Assembly (NCBI RefSeq): GCF_963921235.1
Contig: NC_086109.1
Coordinates: 24,802,001-24,866,000 of the forward strand
Length of the DNA: 64,000 nt
Reading direction: 5' to 3'
From: Mobula hypostoma
Taxonomy: Eukaryota
In this document: piece after piece, positions 12,401-25,490 of the stretch
Layout of the letters: each line of letters begins with the position of its first letter
Numbering within the stretch: the stretch's first letter is position 1
The notes under the pieces: generated by a model
Database searches by the model: none
What the model was told of the DNA's origin: nothing
Seen by the model: only the letters and a program-made list of their open reading frames with translations
Program-made: the position numbers and the translations under genes

Positions 12401-13594
12401 ATAGGGTGGTGACCAGAAATGCGTCCAGTACTTCAGGCATGATCGCTGATAGAGTATAACCGCCACGTTCTTATATTCAGTGTCCTGACTAGTACTCCCA
12501 GAATTCCATCTGCCATTTCAGGAACTCATCGCTGTCACTCTGTAACCCAAGACTACCTACCACACTTTACAGTGGCAGCTGTAAAATTGGAGTTCGACTC
12601 CTGCTGCTGTCTATAAGGAGTTTCTATGTTCTCCCCATGGCCACCCTCCCACATTCCAAAAGAGAGACGGTTAGTGAGCTATGTTGGTGCTGGAAGCCCA
12701 GCACAATCCTCGTTTATTTGATTTGATGCAAACTATGTATTTCATGTTATGTTTTAATGTACATGTGACAAACAAAACTCATCTTTACTCTTACACTGTC
12801 AGCATCTTACTAACCTTAGTGTGATCCTCAAGCCAGAGAGGTGAACTATGCCCTGACATCACCAGTCACACCTTTTAAGGAGTTGTGGCTGTCTAGGGGT
12901 TTCCTCAGCTTGTATCAATGTCACAAGGGGCAGACAACTCTCTTTTCAGACACTGGGAGTCACATCCAAAACAGGAGTACTGGTAATCCCTGTTCTTAAC
13001 CACAAGTGAAATCCATCACAGAATGTACAGCCTTATTTTACACACTTGACATGTAAGGAGTTCAGACCAAGTGCACGTGGTTTATTCTAGGGCTCTTCAC
13101 AGACTGACTCTGGAACTTTAAACAAAATATTATTACAACCCAGGCAGCAGTGAGTCATGAGCCTTAAATGCATGCCAGTCTTAAAGTAACAGTTATTGTT
13201 CTCGGTCATTATTACAAATATTGCAGTTGACTAGAATGTGTTTTTGAAATGCATTATATAAAGCTTGTTGCTTTCTTTCAAAAAGCTCATCGCACCTGAA
13301 CTGATTCTCTGAAAAACTATACGTAAAAATTTATAACTGAGGATGGTATTTAATACGGTCATTTCTAGGTTGCCCATCTAATCAATTTTAAGAATTTGAG
13401 GACAATCCTATTTCCATTACAACTTTTAGTACATTACTATAATCCCAGGTCATATCAGCAAAGTTGATATAAACCAGGCGAGTCTGTTGGGTCCATTTAG
13501 CTCAGAGTTAAATATTATTTTCAGAACAACACAATAATTCATCAATTGAAGTAAACCTTTTGGCCACACGGTGTTGGGTTTCTTTGAACTGCAG

Positions 13595-13960
13595 AGAAGA
13601 TTAACAATGGCCTGTGCCTGTCAATGAAGTAAACAGCCTCACAAGCCTTTATCATCTTTCTTCAATTAATGTCCTTCCCGATCTGCTGTGAAGAACCTGA
13701 AGAAAGCTGGATGAAGTGGGGTTTACAGTACAAAAGCTTGCTAATCCTAGTATCTAGGTATCTGAAGCAGATGCTCTGTGCAGGAATCATCAAAGGACTG
13801 TGCTTAAATTAGCCTTCGCAAAGGAAAAAGAGTCCTGTATTTTTTTACCACTGTGCAAAGACAAGAGATTTGGAGAACCCCAAGGAGCCTGAGATAAGAT
13901 ATACATTCTCATTATATACTCACAGCAGGGTTTAAACCTAAACTCCCTGATCAGCTGACA
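13595..13960 (+). pseudogene. Decayed FN3-like exon
   Basis: Acceptor TTTGAACTGCAG at 13594; 'PVPVNEVNSLTSLYHLSSINV' (13611-13673) and tyrosine-corner pattern 'EPEIRYTFSLYTHS' (13885-13926). Confidence 0.55.
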
Positions 13961-14057
13961 CACCAGAGAATTAACTCTTTCGGACAGGGAGTGTAGGATG
14001 ACCAGAGCACTTGTTAATGTTGATACAAGCCCACTGTATTTCCCTTTGCCTTGCAAA

Positions 14058-14310
14058 ACTGAGAAGTCCCTTCATTGCTAGAAATAGGCTGAGTCTAGTG
14101 AACCTACATTTTTGGATCTCTTATTTTCGGACCATCTATATCAACAAAGCTGATACATTGGGTACCAATACAAATGACAAAATGGGAGAACATCCCGTGT
14201 AGAAAAATAAAGCTACTAGCTTAACCCCAATAATTATGCATGGCCTTTCTTGGATTTTCACTATAGTGCCAGTGACCTTCCAGTGACCTTGGAATTGGCA
14301 CCACGAATCT
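14058..14310 (+). pseudogene. Decayed FN3-like exon
   Basis: One frame with a single stop: 'LRSPFIARNRLSLVNLHFWIS...PV*KNKATSLTPIIMHGLFL...SASDLPVTLELAPRI', about 85 codons, after a pyrimidine tract. Confidence 0.35.
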
Positions 14311-14644
14311 ACCTAATACAAGGGCAGGAAGAGAAAAGTGGGGGAAAAGTTTCAATGTTCATGACATATCAGTTCCACAACAAGAATATGATATCGCTCT
14401 TCACAGGATTTTATCAAGTCTGCTACTAATAGAAGTCATGCCTTTGAAATCTATCCTGCTGTTAATTCTGCACACAAGCTTTATCCCTCCTTATTTCACC
14501 TAACCCTATCTCATTTCATTTTCCCCCTTAAATAGACCAGTACTAGTTGCCTCAGCCACTGTTTGTGGCAGCAACTTCCAAACCTTCATCAATCCCAAAC
14601 ATCATAGTTTCTCTTCAGAGTATTGGTGTATTTGCTGGTCCTTA

Positions 14645-15394
14645 TACTCAGTGGCCACTTTATTAGGTATCTCCAAATAACAAGAGGTACCTAATAAAGT
14701 GGCCACTTAGTGTAGGTCTATGGGCTGCTGCTGCTGTAGTCCATCCACCCACTTCAAGATCTGGTGTGTTGTGCATTCAGAGATGCTCTTCTGCACACCA
14801 CTGTTATAACGTATGGTTATTTGGGTTACTGTCACCCCCTTGTCAGCTTGAACCAATTTGGCCACTCTCATCCGATATCACTCAGTAACTGGATTTTTTT
14901 TTTTTGTTGTTTTGCACCATTCTCTGTAAACTCTAGAGGTTGTTGAGTGTGAAAATTCCAGGAGATCAGTAGCTTCTGAGATACTCAAACCACCCAATCT
15001 GGTGCCAACAATCACTCCCCAGTCATAGTCACTTAGATCACAGTTTTCCCCATTCTGATACTTGGACTAAACATCAACTGAACTTCAAACACAAGGAAAT
15101 CTACAGATGCAGGAAATCCAAAGAAAACACACAAAATGCTGGAGGAACTTAGCAGGCCAGGCAGCATCTATGGAAAAGAGTAGACAGTCAATGTTTCAGG
15201 CCGAAACCTTTCATCAGGATTGATGAAGAGTCTTGGCCTGAAACGTTGACTCTTTACTCTTTTCCACAGCAACTGATCTTCTTGACCATGTCTGCATGCT
15301 TTTATGCATTGAGTTGATGCCACACGATTGGCTGATTAGATATCTGCATTAATGACCAGATTTACAGGTGTACCTTATAAATGACCACTGAGTG
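14645..15394 (-). mobile_element. Non-autonomous Tc1-like element
   Basis: TIR ACTCAGTGGCCACTTTATTAGG ... ACCACTGAGTG; internal Tc1 HTH remnant; same family as 16288 and 34013. Confidence 0.85.
15087..15269. mobile_element. Penelope-derived palindromic element with two inverted hammerhead motifs
   Basis: Arms 15168-15218 / 15220-15269 are inverted repeats; TSD-like CAACTGAACTTC (15075-15086) / CAACTGATCTTC (15270-15281). Confidence 0.85.
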
Positions 15395-16287
15395 AATATA
15401 ACCATATTTGACCATTGAACAAACTGCCTCACATTTCAACTTGTTAATTTCTTCCCTATTCAGTGTCTATTATACTTCAGTCTTGCCTCTGAGACAGAAG
15501 CTTATACAATCAAGTATCAGTTCTCAGCTGGTATTGTCTAGTAAGGAAGTGATGCATAGTTGTGAGTGTCGTCCTAAGCTCTACCTCCTCTCTCAAATGC
15601 TTATGATAAATTGCACGACACTATTCTGAAGAAAGCAGGGGAGTATTACTTGATACTCTGACCAGCATTTGTCCTAAAATAGATTAGCAGGACACTATTG
15701 TAGATGTTACTGGACACTTGCAATATACAAAATGGTTATATTTCATATAGCACAGTAGTAAACTAACCAATTAGTTCTAAAATTTTCCTTGGCATCACTG
15801 TCATGATCAGAATTTACTGACTGTGCTAAATGGCTTCCCTGAGCCACAATAGTTCATAAAGTGAACAATGTTGGACAAGGAGTTCCAGGGTTCTGATCCA
15901 ATGTTGATGAGGGTTATGTTGGCATGCTCATTGAATGGGAAGCTGCAGATGGTAGTATTTCAAAGCACCTAATAACCTTGACCCTCTGAGTGGTGTAAGT
16001 CATACGTATGAAGAGGCCTTGCCAAGAAACAGGACACATTTGATACAGTCTACACAGTGCATCCCTAGTGGGCAAACAGGAAGGTATGTTTAGGTAGGGA
16101 ACTCAGTCAAGCAGAATGGTTTGTCCTGAATGGTATTGAGCTTCTAGAATAGTTTTAGAGCTGCACTCATTTTACTGGTAAAATCTATTCAGTCATACTA
16201 TTGGGTTGCACCCTGTAGATGGTAGAAAGTCTTTCAGAAGTGAGGGGGTCAGACACCCACCTCGCATCCCACCATGTTTCAAAAATA

Positions 16288-16848
16288 CACTCGGTGGCCA
16301 CTTTGTTAGGCACACCTGCTCATTAATAAAAATATCTAATCAGCCAATCATGTGGCAGCAACTCAATACATAAAGGCATGCAGACATGGTTAAGAGGTTT
16401 AGTTACTGTTCAGACCAAACATCAGAATGGTGAAGAAACGTGATTCTAAGTGACTCTGAAAAGGGAAGAATTATTGGTGCCAGACAGGGTGGTTTGAGTA
16501 TCTCAGAAACTACTTTATCTCCTGAGATTTTTATGCACAACAGTCTCTAGAGATTACAGAGAATGGTGCAAAAACAAAGAACATTAAGTGAATGCCAGTT
16601 CTGTGAGACAAAATGTCCTGTTAATAAGAGAAGTCAGAGGAGAATGGCCAGACTGGTTTAAGCTGACAGGAAGACAACAGTAACTCAAATAAACAGTCAT
16701 TGCAACAGTGGTGTGCAGAGGAGCATCCCCGAACACACAATATGCTATACCTTGAAGTGGATGGACTACAGCAGCAGAAGACCACAAACATAATCCCGTG
16801 GCCACTTTATTAGCTACAGGAGGTACTTAATAAAGTGGCTACTGAGTG
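16288..16848 (+). mobile_element. Non-autonomous Tc1-like element
   Basis: TA-CACTCGGTGGCCACTTTGTTAGG ... TAATAAAGTGGCTACTGAGTG; remnant 'IIGARQGGLSISET'. Confidence 0.88.
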
Positions 16849-17230
16849 CAAGTGCAAAGAGTAAAAATGGCAAATGAACCTTAGGGTTTGCTTTCATCGA
16901 GTATCCCAAAAAACCTCAAGACCAATGAGTTCCTATTGAATTCTCACCCCACTAATAGGCAATCTATTCCTTTCCAGAATTTTTCTATGCAGTATAATAT
17001 TTCTGAAACACACCCCTAATATTGATCTAGCAAACCACTGAGGCAGTTTCTTATTATGCTGTGTATTTTCTTAGCACAAGCACATAATTGTTTTGATAAA
17101 CACTTGTATTAATCCACCACTGTGCTGGAGCATCTAACCAACCACTACACAACATGGATCATTCATTTCAATAACTGAACTTTGACAATTTGCCAATATC
17201 TGTCTAATGCTGCAGTATCGTTTCTGACAG

Positions 17231-17410
17231 TGGCTTCCCTAAATATTAGCATTTCAAATTCAACTGTTAATTATCTTCAATACATCTCCACTGCATTTTG
17301 CAAACTGTTTTCACTAACACCTGGTGCACTATACAGTATTTCCGTAAGCGTGTGGATCAAATCTTCCCCCATGTAAGCTCCACTATCCTGTTCCAGTATC
17401 AGTCATTTAC
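17231..17410 (+). pseudogene. FN3-like exon remnant (clearest FN3 motif in the window)
   Basis: ORF 17182..17376 'AFCKLFSLTPGALYSISVSVW' fits LxPGxxYxIxV; 'PVSVI' follows in another frame; acceptor-like TTTCTGACAG at 17230. Confidence 0.6.
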
Positions 17411-17549
17411 TGATATTGTGTGTGTTGCTGATTGATGTAATATTGAATAGTCGGTAGTTATATAAATGTTTTCAGTGGTTTACATATGACAGAGAAGAAC
17501 ATTCCTCTCATCAAATCTACGCTGGCTCGCAGGGCTATCGTACAATTCC

Positions 17550-17780
17550 ATTCACCCACTTATTTCCCTGTAATCTCTCTCATTCATATGTCCATAATAT
17601 TGTATTCCTACCTACAATAGGAATAACTCACAGCGCCCAATTAATTTACCAAACAGCACATCTTGGGAGGAAACTGGAACACCATCAGAAACCTGCATGA
17701 TCATAAGGGGAACATGAAGAGCACCAGGGGACAGGTCTGAACTCTGGTCACCGGAGCTACAAAGCAGCTGCACTACTGGC
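17550..17780 (-). mobile_element. Old V-SINE-like fragment
   Basis: TTAATTTACC...GGGAGGAAACTGGAAC...GAAACCTGCATG, the reverse V-domain signature. Confidence 0.55.
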
Positions 17781-17804
17781 TAAATGTTGCTAGTTTATTT
17801 ATTG

Positions 17805-17840
17805 AGCCCTGAAGAAGGATCTCAGCCTGAAACATTGACT
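17805..17840 (+). ncRNA. Minimal hammerhead ribozyme motif in a Penelope-derived element (element runs to ~17940)
   Basis: agcc-CTGAAGA-aggatctcagcct-GAAA-ca-TT-gact. Confidence 0.65.
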
Positions 17841-19115
17841 GTTCATTCATTTCCATTGGTGTTGCCCGACCTGCTGAGTTCGCCCAGAATTTTGTGTGTG
17901 TTGCTTTGGATGTTCAGCATCTGCAGACTTTCTCCTGCTTATAGTTTACTTAATCATTTCAAATCCTGCTAGTTAATGAAATACACTGTGACCGTTGCTT
18001 GAACCTGTAGATATAGTGAGGGTCGCTAGATATTGGTGTAGTTCGTGCTCATTGTGACCTGCCAGCCATTGCCATTCCTACACGTAACAGTTCACAGAAT
18101 TAGAAGTCAAGTCAAGCTCAAGGCCTTGCTGCTGTGGCCTCAGAAAGTGAATGGAAATTCCATTCTTGAGAAGCCCTGTTAGCTTTTGGGCAGCCAAGCG
18201 TCTCAGAAACACTTATAAACAGTTCATGCAGATTGAAATAAGTTTAAAGTTATTATAAAGGTGTAAATTCATATAGTGTATTTACTTAAAAGTTTCATGA
18301 CCCCTGGCCTGCTGAGTTCCTTCAGCATTTTATGTGTGTTGCTTGGATTTCCAGCATCTGCAGATTTTCTCTTCTTTGTGATTTAAAAAAAATCACTTCT
18401 CTGCACTTGCATTTTTGTTCAAATGAACACAATTATGCTGCTTATTCCAGACACCCCTCCTGAGGTTCCCTCAGCTCGGCTGGCTTCTGCTGCTCCAGTC
18501 CTGGTCTCAGAGAGGAACATCAACGGCTGTTCACTATGTAGCTGCAGACCCAAAGTAGGCCCATTGTTACTGGTGAATACAAATGTTAGTTATAATTGTT
18601 GCTCGTTAATGTAGGTAGAGATATTAGGAAAGGAGAAAGCTGCTCAATCCATGGCTGAGGCATGTTTGGTCTGAACTCCGTCCACCTGCTTTGGCATGAT
18701 AACGTTTCATTTCTTTGATCTATTGTAATCCATCAGAATTTAAATTATTGATTCAGACAGCGACTCATCGTTTTTTGTTAATAGTCTTCATGTCCAGCAT
18801 GTTTTGCAATAAATTTCCTAGTTTTCTTGCTCTATAGTAGAATCATAGAATATCTTTGACACAGCAAAAGGCCTTTTGACCCACTGTTCACGTAAGGTTA
18901 GAAAAGAGCTGCACAGCCTAAACCCCACATTCCAGTACTGAGTTCATAGCCTGCCGGCCATGGCCATTAAAGAACTCATCAAAGTACTTTTTAAAATGTG
19001 TTGAAGGTTTCTGCCTTCACACCTGCCGCTCTCTCAGGGAACGAAGTACAGCTCTTAAGAAAGTCACGAGTAACATCCCAAGTGATAATGATAATAGTCA
19101 TTTAATAAAGGTGGT

Positions 19116-19480
19116 TGTCAGGCTGTGTTGAACTGTGATTGTTATGGCGAAGTTCTGTGTCTCCAACCCAAGGACTACGAGGAGGGACGTGGACCCAAGT
19201 GCAGTGGAGACCAGAGACGAGAATGAAGAATCTTTACTTGAAGATTTGTTTGTAGAGAACACAGATTAGGACTTACAAATTATTACACGCAGGATGAGTT
19301 AGCTGAAGACTGAGCAAAGACAAGCAAAGCAGAGTGAACTTAAATCGAGAAGCAAGACAAGGCACAGGAGGACTGATAACTAAATTGAGGTGCAGATGAA
19401 GATAATTAACTAATAATCAGGGGAGGAGGAGCAACAGAGCCTGGAGGACTCTAGAGCCCCCTAGTGATCAGAGCTTGACA
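19116..19480 (-). mobile_element. Probable solo LTR
   Basis: TGTCAGGCT ... AGCTTGACA (8/9 terminal inverted match, TG...CA); no clean TSD seen. Confidence 0.5.
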
Positions 19481-20813
19481 AAGCATAACAAGTCATCTCT
19501 TCATTCTTCTCAGCTTACCTGTAGCCTTGCACATAACGGATCAGGCCACCCTCCTCTGATGCCTTACTCCATTTATCCAACCAGGGGATGGGGGGAAACC
19601 TGAGATCATCTGGTTCCTTCCTTATTTACCCAGTCATAACCATTGTGTTATTGGCAACGATTTCTGTCACAACTCCCATGATGTTCCTCTGGAATTCTTC
19701 AAGACCGCCCCCCCCCCCCATGTTTCTCACCACTATGCTTCCTCTCACACCTGAGCACACCCATTTCCACACATTGTATACACTGACAACATGAAGCTCT
19801 ACCCCACTGCTTTGACTTGACTGATTCCTCATTGTTCCTAAGTTATAAGACCGCTTGTCTGAAATCCAGCGCTGATGACTAGAAATTTCTTCCAACTGGC
19901 TGATGGATTCCAATGCAGGCAAATGTGAGGTCATCCAGCATGATCAAGAAAAAGAACAGATCCCAAACTAGCTTAAATGACATGAAATTTCAAACAGTGA
20001 AGATCAAATGTCAGTAGATTTTATTGTAAACAGTTTGCTAAAATAAACAAAAAACTTAACGAAGAAAAGTAAAGAGCCAGGATCTAAAGAGAAAATATAA
20101 CTCTGTGCTTGCACCACATCTGTGTATTTTAATTTAGGAAGCTTATAATCTGCTTGAAAGGAGTGTACTAAGATTGACCATAACATTACCAAGCTTTAGG
20201 GCTTACAGTGAGGACAGATAGGGTTGTTTTCCCAAGAATATATGATGATTATTTGACTAATGTTTCAAGAACATTAGGATATTGTGCATTTAGTATACAT
20301 TAAAATGACTTCCATTATTAGCTGTAGCATAGAATCTGGTTGCACCAAAATTATGTCTAACACTAATTAGACTGCAACCAGTCCTGCACATAGTTCTGGT
20401 CGCTACATTAAGAAAAGATGTGATTTCACTGGACTGGAAACTGGAACATGCTGGGCGTCTGCTAAATGTTGAAGTTCAAGTTTGTCATAGACGTACATAC
20501 CCAAGGCTTAAATTCCATGAAACTTAGCTCTTTACAACAGCAGCACAGTATAATTCAAGACGAGAACAAGAACAAGCTAACATAAGCAAAAATTAACATA
20601 AATTATACCTAATTACGCATGTGCAAAATAAACAACAATATAACATAACATCACTGGTACAAAGCTGAGAGGGAAAATAAAGAAGGTGGTGTTCAGAGAA
20701 AACACAGAATGTTGTAAAAGGTGGTGTTAAATTAGTCTGAGGTAATGTTGAAAGAAAAAATATAGTCTGAGGTAGTGTTTATATGTTCGTGTTCCTCTTG
20801 TCAATCTCCATAA

Positions 20814-20978
20814 GGAGTCCAATGTCAGAAGATATTAGAAGAATCACTGGGAAACAACATCTTGGAAGTTCAGGACCTACAAATTCATACAGATACATTG
20901 AATTTGGAAGATTTTCTGAAAAATGCCATCATTTCAACAGAAGACTGCTTCTTTTTCCCAGTTGAGCTGAAACCTTTT
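20814..20978 (+). pseudogene. Decayed FN3-like C-terminal half
   Basis: Open frame 'GVQCQKILEESLGNNILEVQDLQIHTDTLNLEDFLKNAIIS...PVELKP', resembling LxVxDLxPxTxY...NxxS. Confidence 0.35.
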
Positions 20979-21519
20979 GAACTATGAAGATGAACAGAAC
21001 ATACTTAATCAAAGTCTATCATTTCCTTATTTTCATTTATAATAATATTCATATCTGCATTTAATAGGTCTTATAACTTTTGGCGTTACTCCCTTCTTCT
21101 AACATAACTCCACACATCTTTCTACTAATCTTCTTATTTCTGATGTATTTCTTGCTTATACCAATATCTGAAATGCTATTGTTTAATGTAGATATAATTA
21201 ATAATGCACATTACTTCATATTTTTCCGATGAGAGTGCCTGCCATAAAATTGTTACATGATAAATGCTTTATAAATTATGTCCTTTCATATAGTTATTGT
21301 AACTTCTATTATTTTGTAAATGATGCAAGTTAATGCTGATATTTGAAACATTGTGAACTAATTTGACTGTAAATGCTGCTATTGTTATAAAGCTTGGAAG
21401 GTATATCAAAGAATATCAACTGTGCGGAAGTAGCCCATTATTGCATTTGCACTATTCACCTCAATTACACCAAGCCCTAGAGTTCCTGCTGAATTTCCTA
21501 TTGAATTTATCTGCAACTA

Positions 21520-21584
21520 CAGTACTGTGCAGAGGTCTAGGCACATATATGTAGCTAGGGTGCCTAAACGTTTGCACAATAGTG
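21520..21584. mobile_element. 65-bp Tc1/mariner-type mini-MITE
   Basis: TA-CAGTACTGTGCAGAGGTCTAGGCAC ... GTGCCTAAACGTTTGCACAATAGTG-TA. Confidence 0.75.
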
Positions 21585-21983
21585 TACTTGTCAACGTGGA
21601 GCAAGCAGCAAGTTTACAGATCTGGTGAGAGCAAAGAATGTTGACAATGGTGAGGGTGGAGTGTTGTGTGAGGGGTGTGGGACAGGTAGCAAAGGAGGGC
21701 CAGGGCGGGGGGGAGGGATGATGGCATGGGTGCGTATGCACCCAGTACTGAGACACCAGGCAAAATAATTTGATCCCAAACTATTGATTTATTGATCATT
21801 ACAGAATCTGGTGCTTCCTGTTCCATCTCCTCTCCATGCCTCCTTCCCGCTCTCAGTCCATAATAGAGACCCATATCAGAATCAGGTTTATCATCTCTTA
21901 CATATGTCATGATGTTTTTTTTTGCAACAGCAGTACAGTGCAACACATAAAATTACTGCAGGACTGTGCACAAGTCATAGGCA

Positions 21984-22766
21984 TAGTCATAGTCATACTT
22001 TATTGATCCCGAGGGAAATTGGTTTTCGTTAGTTGCACCATAAATAATTAAATAGTAATATGTAAATTATGCCAGGAAGTAAGTGCAGGACCAGCCTATT
22101 GGCTCAGGGTGTCTGACCCTCCAAGGGAGGAGTTGTAAAGTTTGATGGCCACAGGCAGGAATGACTTCCTATGACACTCAGTGTTGCATCTCGGTGGAAT
22201 GAGTCTCTGGCTGAATGTACTCCTGTACCCAACCAGTCCTTTATGTAGTGGATGGGAGACATTGGTCCAAGATGGCATGCAACTTGGACAGCCTCCTCTT
22301 TTCAGACACCACCGTGAGAGAGTCCAGTTCCATCCCCACAACATCACTGGCTTTACAAATGAGTTTGTTGATTCTGTTGGTGTCTGCTACCCTCAGCCTG
22401 CTGCCCCAGCACACAACAGCAAACATGATAGTACTGGCCACCACAGGCTCGTAGAACATCCTCAGCATCGTCTGACAGATGTTAAAAGGCCTCAGTCTCC
22501 TCAGGAAATAGAGACGGCTCTGACCCTTCTTGTAGACAGCCTCAGTGTTCTTTGACCAGTCCAGTTTATTGTCAATTCATATCCCCAGGTATTTTTAATC
22601 CTCCACCATGTCCACACTGACCCCCTGGATGGAAACAGGGGTCACTGGTGCCTTAGCCCTCCTCAGGTCTACCACCAGCTCCTTAGTCTTTTTCACATTA
22701 AGTTGCAGATAATTCTGCTCACACCATGTGACAAAGTTTCCTACCGTAGCCCTGTATTGTGCCCTG
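21984..22766 (-). mobile_element. Relatively young Rex1/Babar 3' fragment
   Basis: 'FVTWCEQNYLQLNVKKTKELVVDLRR', 'MFYEPVVASTIMFAVVCWG', 'RKSFLPVAIKLYN'; short repeat tail (CATAGT)n on the + strand. Confidence 0.9.
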
Positions 22767-23059
22767 TAAGTATTGGGCACACTAACTTACGTATGTACAC
22801 ACACACATACGGGTTGATCACCAATTTCCCAGCGGCCTCAGTTACTGAGCCTTGCTGGATTACAAGAGATCATGCAATAATAATGGCAGAAATGAACTGT
22901 GGAAGCTTAAAGAGGATTATTAATTAAACAAAAATTAAATGTAAATTTATGAATTACCGTGCTTACAAAGAATATGGCTTCTCGGTTATTTTTTAAGCAT
23001 TTTATCCAGACAATGTTGTTTCATGTGTTTTGATCTCTCCCTGTGTAATTTTTCTTGCA

Positions 23060-23540
23060 TCAAATAAAAATTCATTAGCTCTTGTTCCATCACAAAGGTA
23101 CGTTTCTCTAACCCTTTGATTAACCCAACAACTCAATTAACTTGTCAATTGTAAATCTTCCAGTTTCATCCATTTCTTCATCATCACTGCCACCTTCATC
23201 ACACGCAGTGTTTTTTATCAGCATTCAGAACACTGTCTATAATTTCCGAGTTTGTAAGATGATGCACAACAGGTGTTTCATCGTTGACAATCATCCACTC
23301 ATGTAGATTTTCTTCATTAAGACTACTTGCTATGTCTTTGAAAGCAGGTCCTGTAACACTTTTTGCACACTCAAGCAAATCATGAACAATTACTTTCTCC
23401 TTTGGGTACATGAAATCCTGTAAAATTATTGTCAAGCTTTTCTTCAGGCACATTATCAAGCATCAAGTAGGCCACAATTTATGCCAGCCATTCTTTAGTG
23501 TTGAATGGTCTACCTTCTCCCACCCTTAAGCAATGAACCA
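23060..23540 (-). mobile_element. Tigger/pogo transposase C-terminal relic
   Basis: 'VDHSTLKNGWHKLWP' and ORF 23199..23459 'EENLHEWMIVNDETPVVHHLTNSEIIDSV'. Confidence 0.7.
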
Positions 23541-23646
23541 TATATGCCTAAGACTTCTGCACAGTTCCTGTACTGTACTTTATAGTTATGGCTGTTAGTT
23601 TGAGATTGTGTCATCTGTGAAAAAGTCTTCCCATTTCTACTGTCTC

Positions 23647-24015
23647 TTTTTCTTTTTAAATCTTTTTATTAATTTTCCAAAATTATAAACAGAATAACAA
23701 TATTGATACAGAGAGATTGGAATAATCTTATTGTTGATAAACATGTACAAAAAAGATTTCAAATAATACAGGTGTAATAGACTTCCAAACTCTTAATATA
23801 ATTAATCATAGAGAAAAAAGAAATAAAAAGAAAAATAATAATACAAAGAACCCCCCCCAAAAAACAAAAAAAAGAACTAAATACCAAACCCAAAAAAAAC
23901 AAACAGAACAAAACAAGACTAGACCAATATCTTAAATCGAACACATTCAATAATGTCGTCAACTCCACTCCTCTATTCATATATTTTAAGTTAATAAGAA
24001 GGATTTGGAAAGGTC
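23647..24015 (-). mobile_element. 5'-truncated LINE 3' end (L1/Tx1-like)
   Basis: T-rich start with TTTATT (reverse polyA signal); TSD-like TCTACTGTCTC (23636-23646) / TCTACTCTCTC (24016-24026). Confidence 0.55.
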
Positions 24016-24450
24016 TCTACTCTCTCAATACATTTTTTTTTTTGTTTTTTCACCTTACTAACCTGTCAAGCAGCATGCTCAGTATTTTCCAATGAGAAAC
24101 AAGATTCAGAAATTATAGGTTGAAAGTGGGACACGTGAACCATGCCCTCTTCTGGACCTGAATTTAACTATGAAGTGAATGCTGATATATAATTTGCAGT
24201 GCCCAGATCAGGATTCTACCTTTCAGTGCACCTGCTCTGCCTCATGTACCTGACTGAGTCCCACAGCTCCAAGTCCTATCCGTGAATCCTTCAAGACCCA
24301 CACCTCCAGTTTGGATCACTCCATTTCAAACACTGCTCTGTGAATGAGCTCTAACTGAGTTGCAGCCAGCTGTTTCTCTTCACTTCTCATGTAAAAAAAC
24401 TGCAGAGGTGAAAGGTCCAGGGAGTAAAAGAAGTCTAGTTTGAATTTCAG

Positions 24451-24560
24451 AGAATTCCACTGTCTGAAACCTTCTGCTCCAAATAATAACCATCACACTC
24501 CAGGCTGATGTCTGCCTTGTAATGGTCTATTGCAGCAATGAAAAAATATTCTGTAAAGTT
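24451..24560 (+). pseudogene. Decayed exon resembling the receptor-PTP segment before the TM-proximal domain
   Basis: Acceptor TTGAATTTCAG at 24450; across frameshifts 'KPSAP / ITITLQADVC / NGLLQQ*KNIL', compare the R3-PTP pattern 'PPxP...I.I.....F...NG.I..Y.V.V'. Confidence 0.4.
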
Positions 24561-25094
24561 CATGAGGTTTATATTGTGCATGCACCGCAGTGACTGCACT
24601 GAGGCAGAAGACTGTGTTCACTTATTGTTTCTGCACCTGCTGGGTCAATCCACACCCACTGAGCATACAAGTAGTGCGTTAGCATTAATTTTGCAACCTT
24701 CTGTATTCAATTATTCCAGAGTTGCTAACCGTAGCTGAGCCAAAATGGAAAAAAAACTCACTGCACAATGCAGAGGAAAGCTATTTGAAAATTCGGAACA
24801 ATTGCAATGGTTTACAGAGCAGTAAATACTCCACATATTGAATGACGGAATTGGAACAAGCGTATAAAGATATATAAATTATTTATCTACAATACTCCAA
24901 AGTAAAGTACAGGAACATAACAGAAGTTCAGACAGTGAAGAAATCCACTCTCACTTGGAGAATCTTCAAAGATCACATATAAACATCTTCCACCAAAAGA
25001 TTACAGAATTCTTCACTGGGGAGTGTTAGATTTTTACAGATTTGGCGAACAATCTCTTTGTGTGAGACGGGTTTAGTTGTAAATCTCATCGCTT

Positions 25095-25490
25095 GATGCA
25101 ATGGCTTCAATGTAGTCTTGACTATGTAAGTAGAGTGCCCACCTCTGCTGGAAGGCTCTGGGTTCAATCTCACTCTAGAAGACTAAAACCTGAAATCCTG
25201 GCTGATATTTGTGTAATCCTAATAGTGCTGCATTTTTGCATGTATCCTTTCAGATTAAATGTTAAACTGAGGACCAGTTTGCTCTATCAGGAGCCCATAG
25301 AAGCTCAATAGTACTGCTTCAATAAAGATCAAGGGTGATAAACTCTGTACCTCAGCCAATATCTGTCTCCCCATAAAGATTATATGGTCATCACCAACTG
25401 AAGGATCTCAATGTTCACAAGTTGCTGAATTTCAGACATTGCAGTTGTATCTACATTTCAAAAGAATAACCCAAGTTTGTAAAAGCTGCT
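25095..25490 (+). mobile_element. Ancient Deu-domain SINE (SacSINE1/AmnSINE1-like)
   Basis: tRNA-like head then AGCCAATATCTGTCTCC...AGATTATATGGTCATCA...CAGTTGTATCTACATTTCAAAAG. Related remnants at ~15500-15780, 30200-30460 (-) and 35250-35760. Confidence 0.55.

Noticed and set aside
12800..12982. Additional FN3-like exon ending 'IQNRST|GTAATC'
   Set aside because: Phase-1 donor-like end is present, but no convincing Trp or tyrosine-corner motif.
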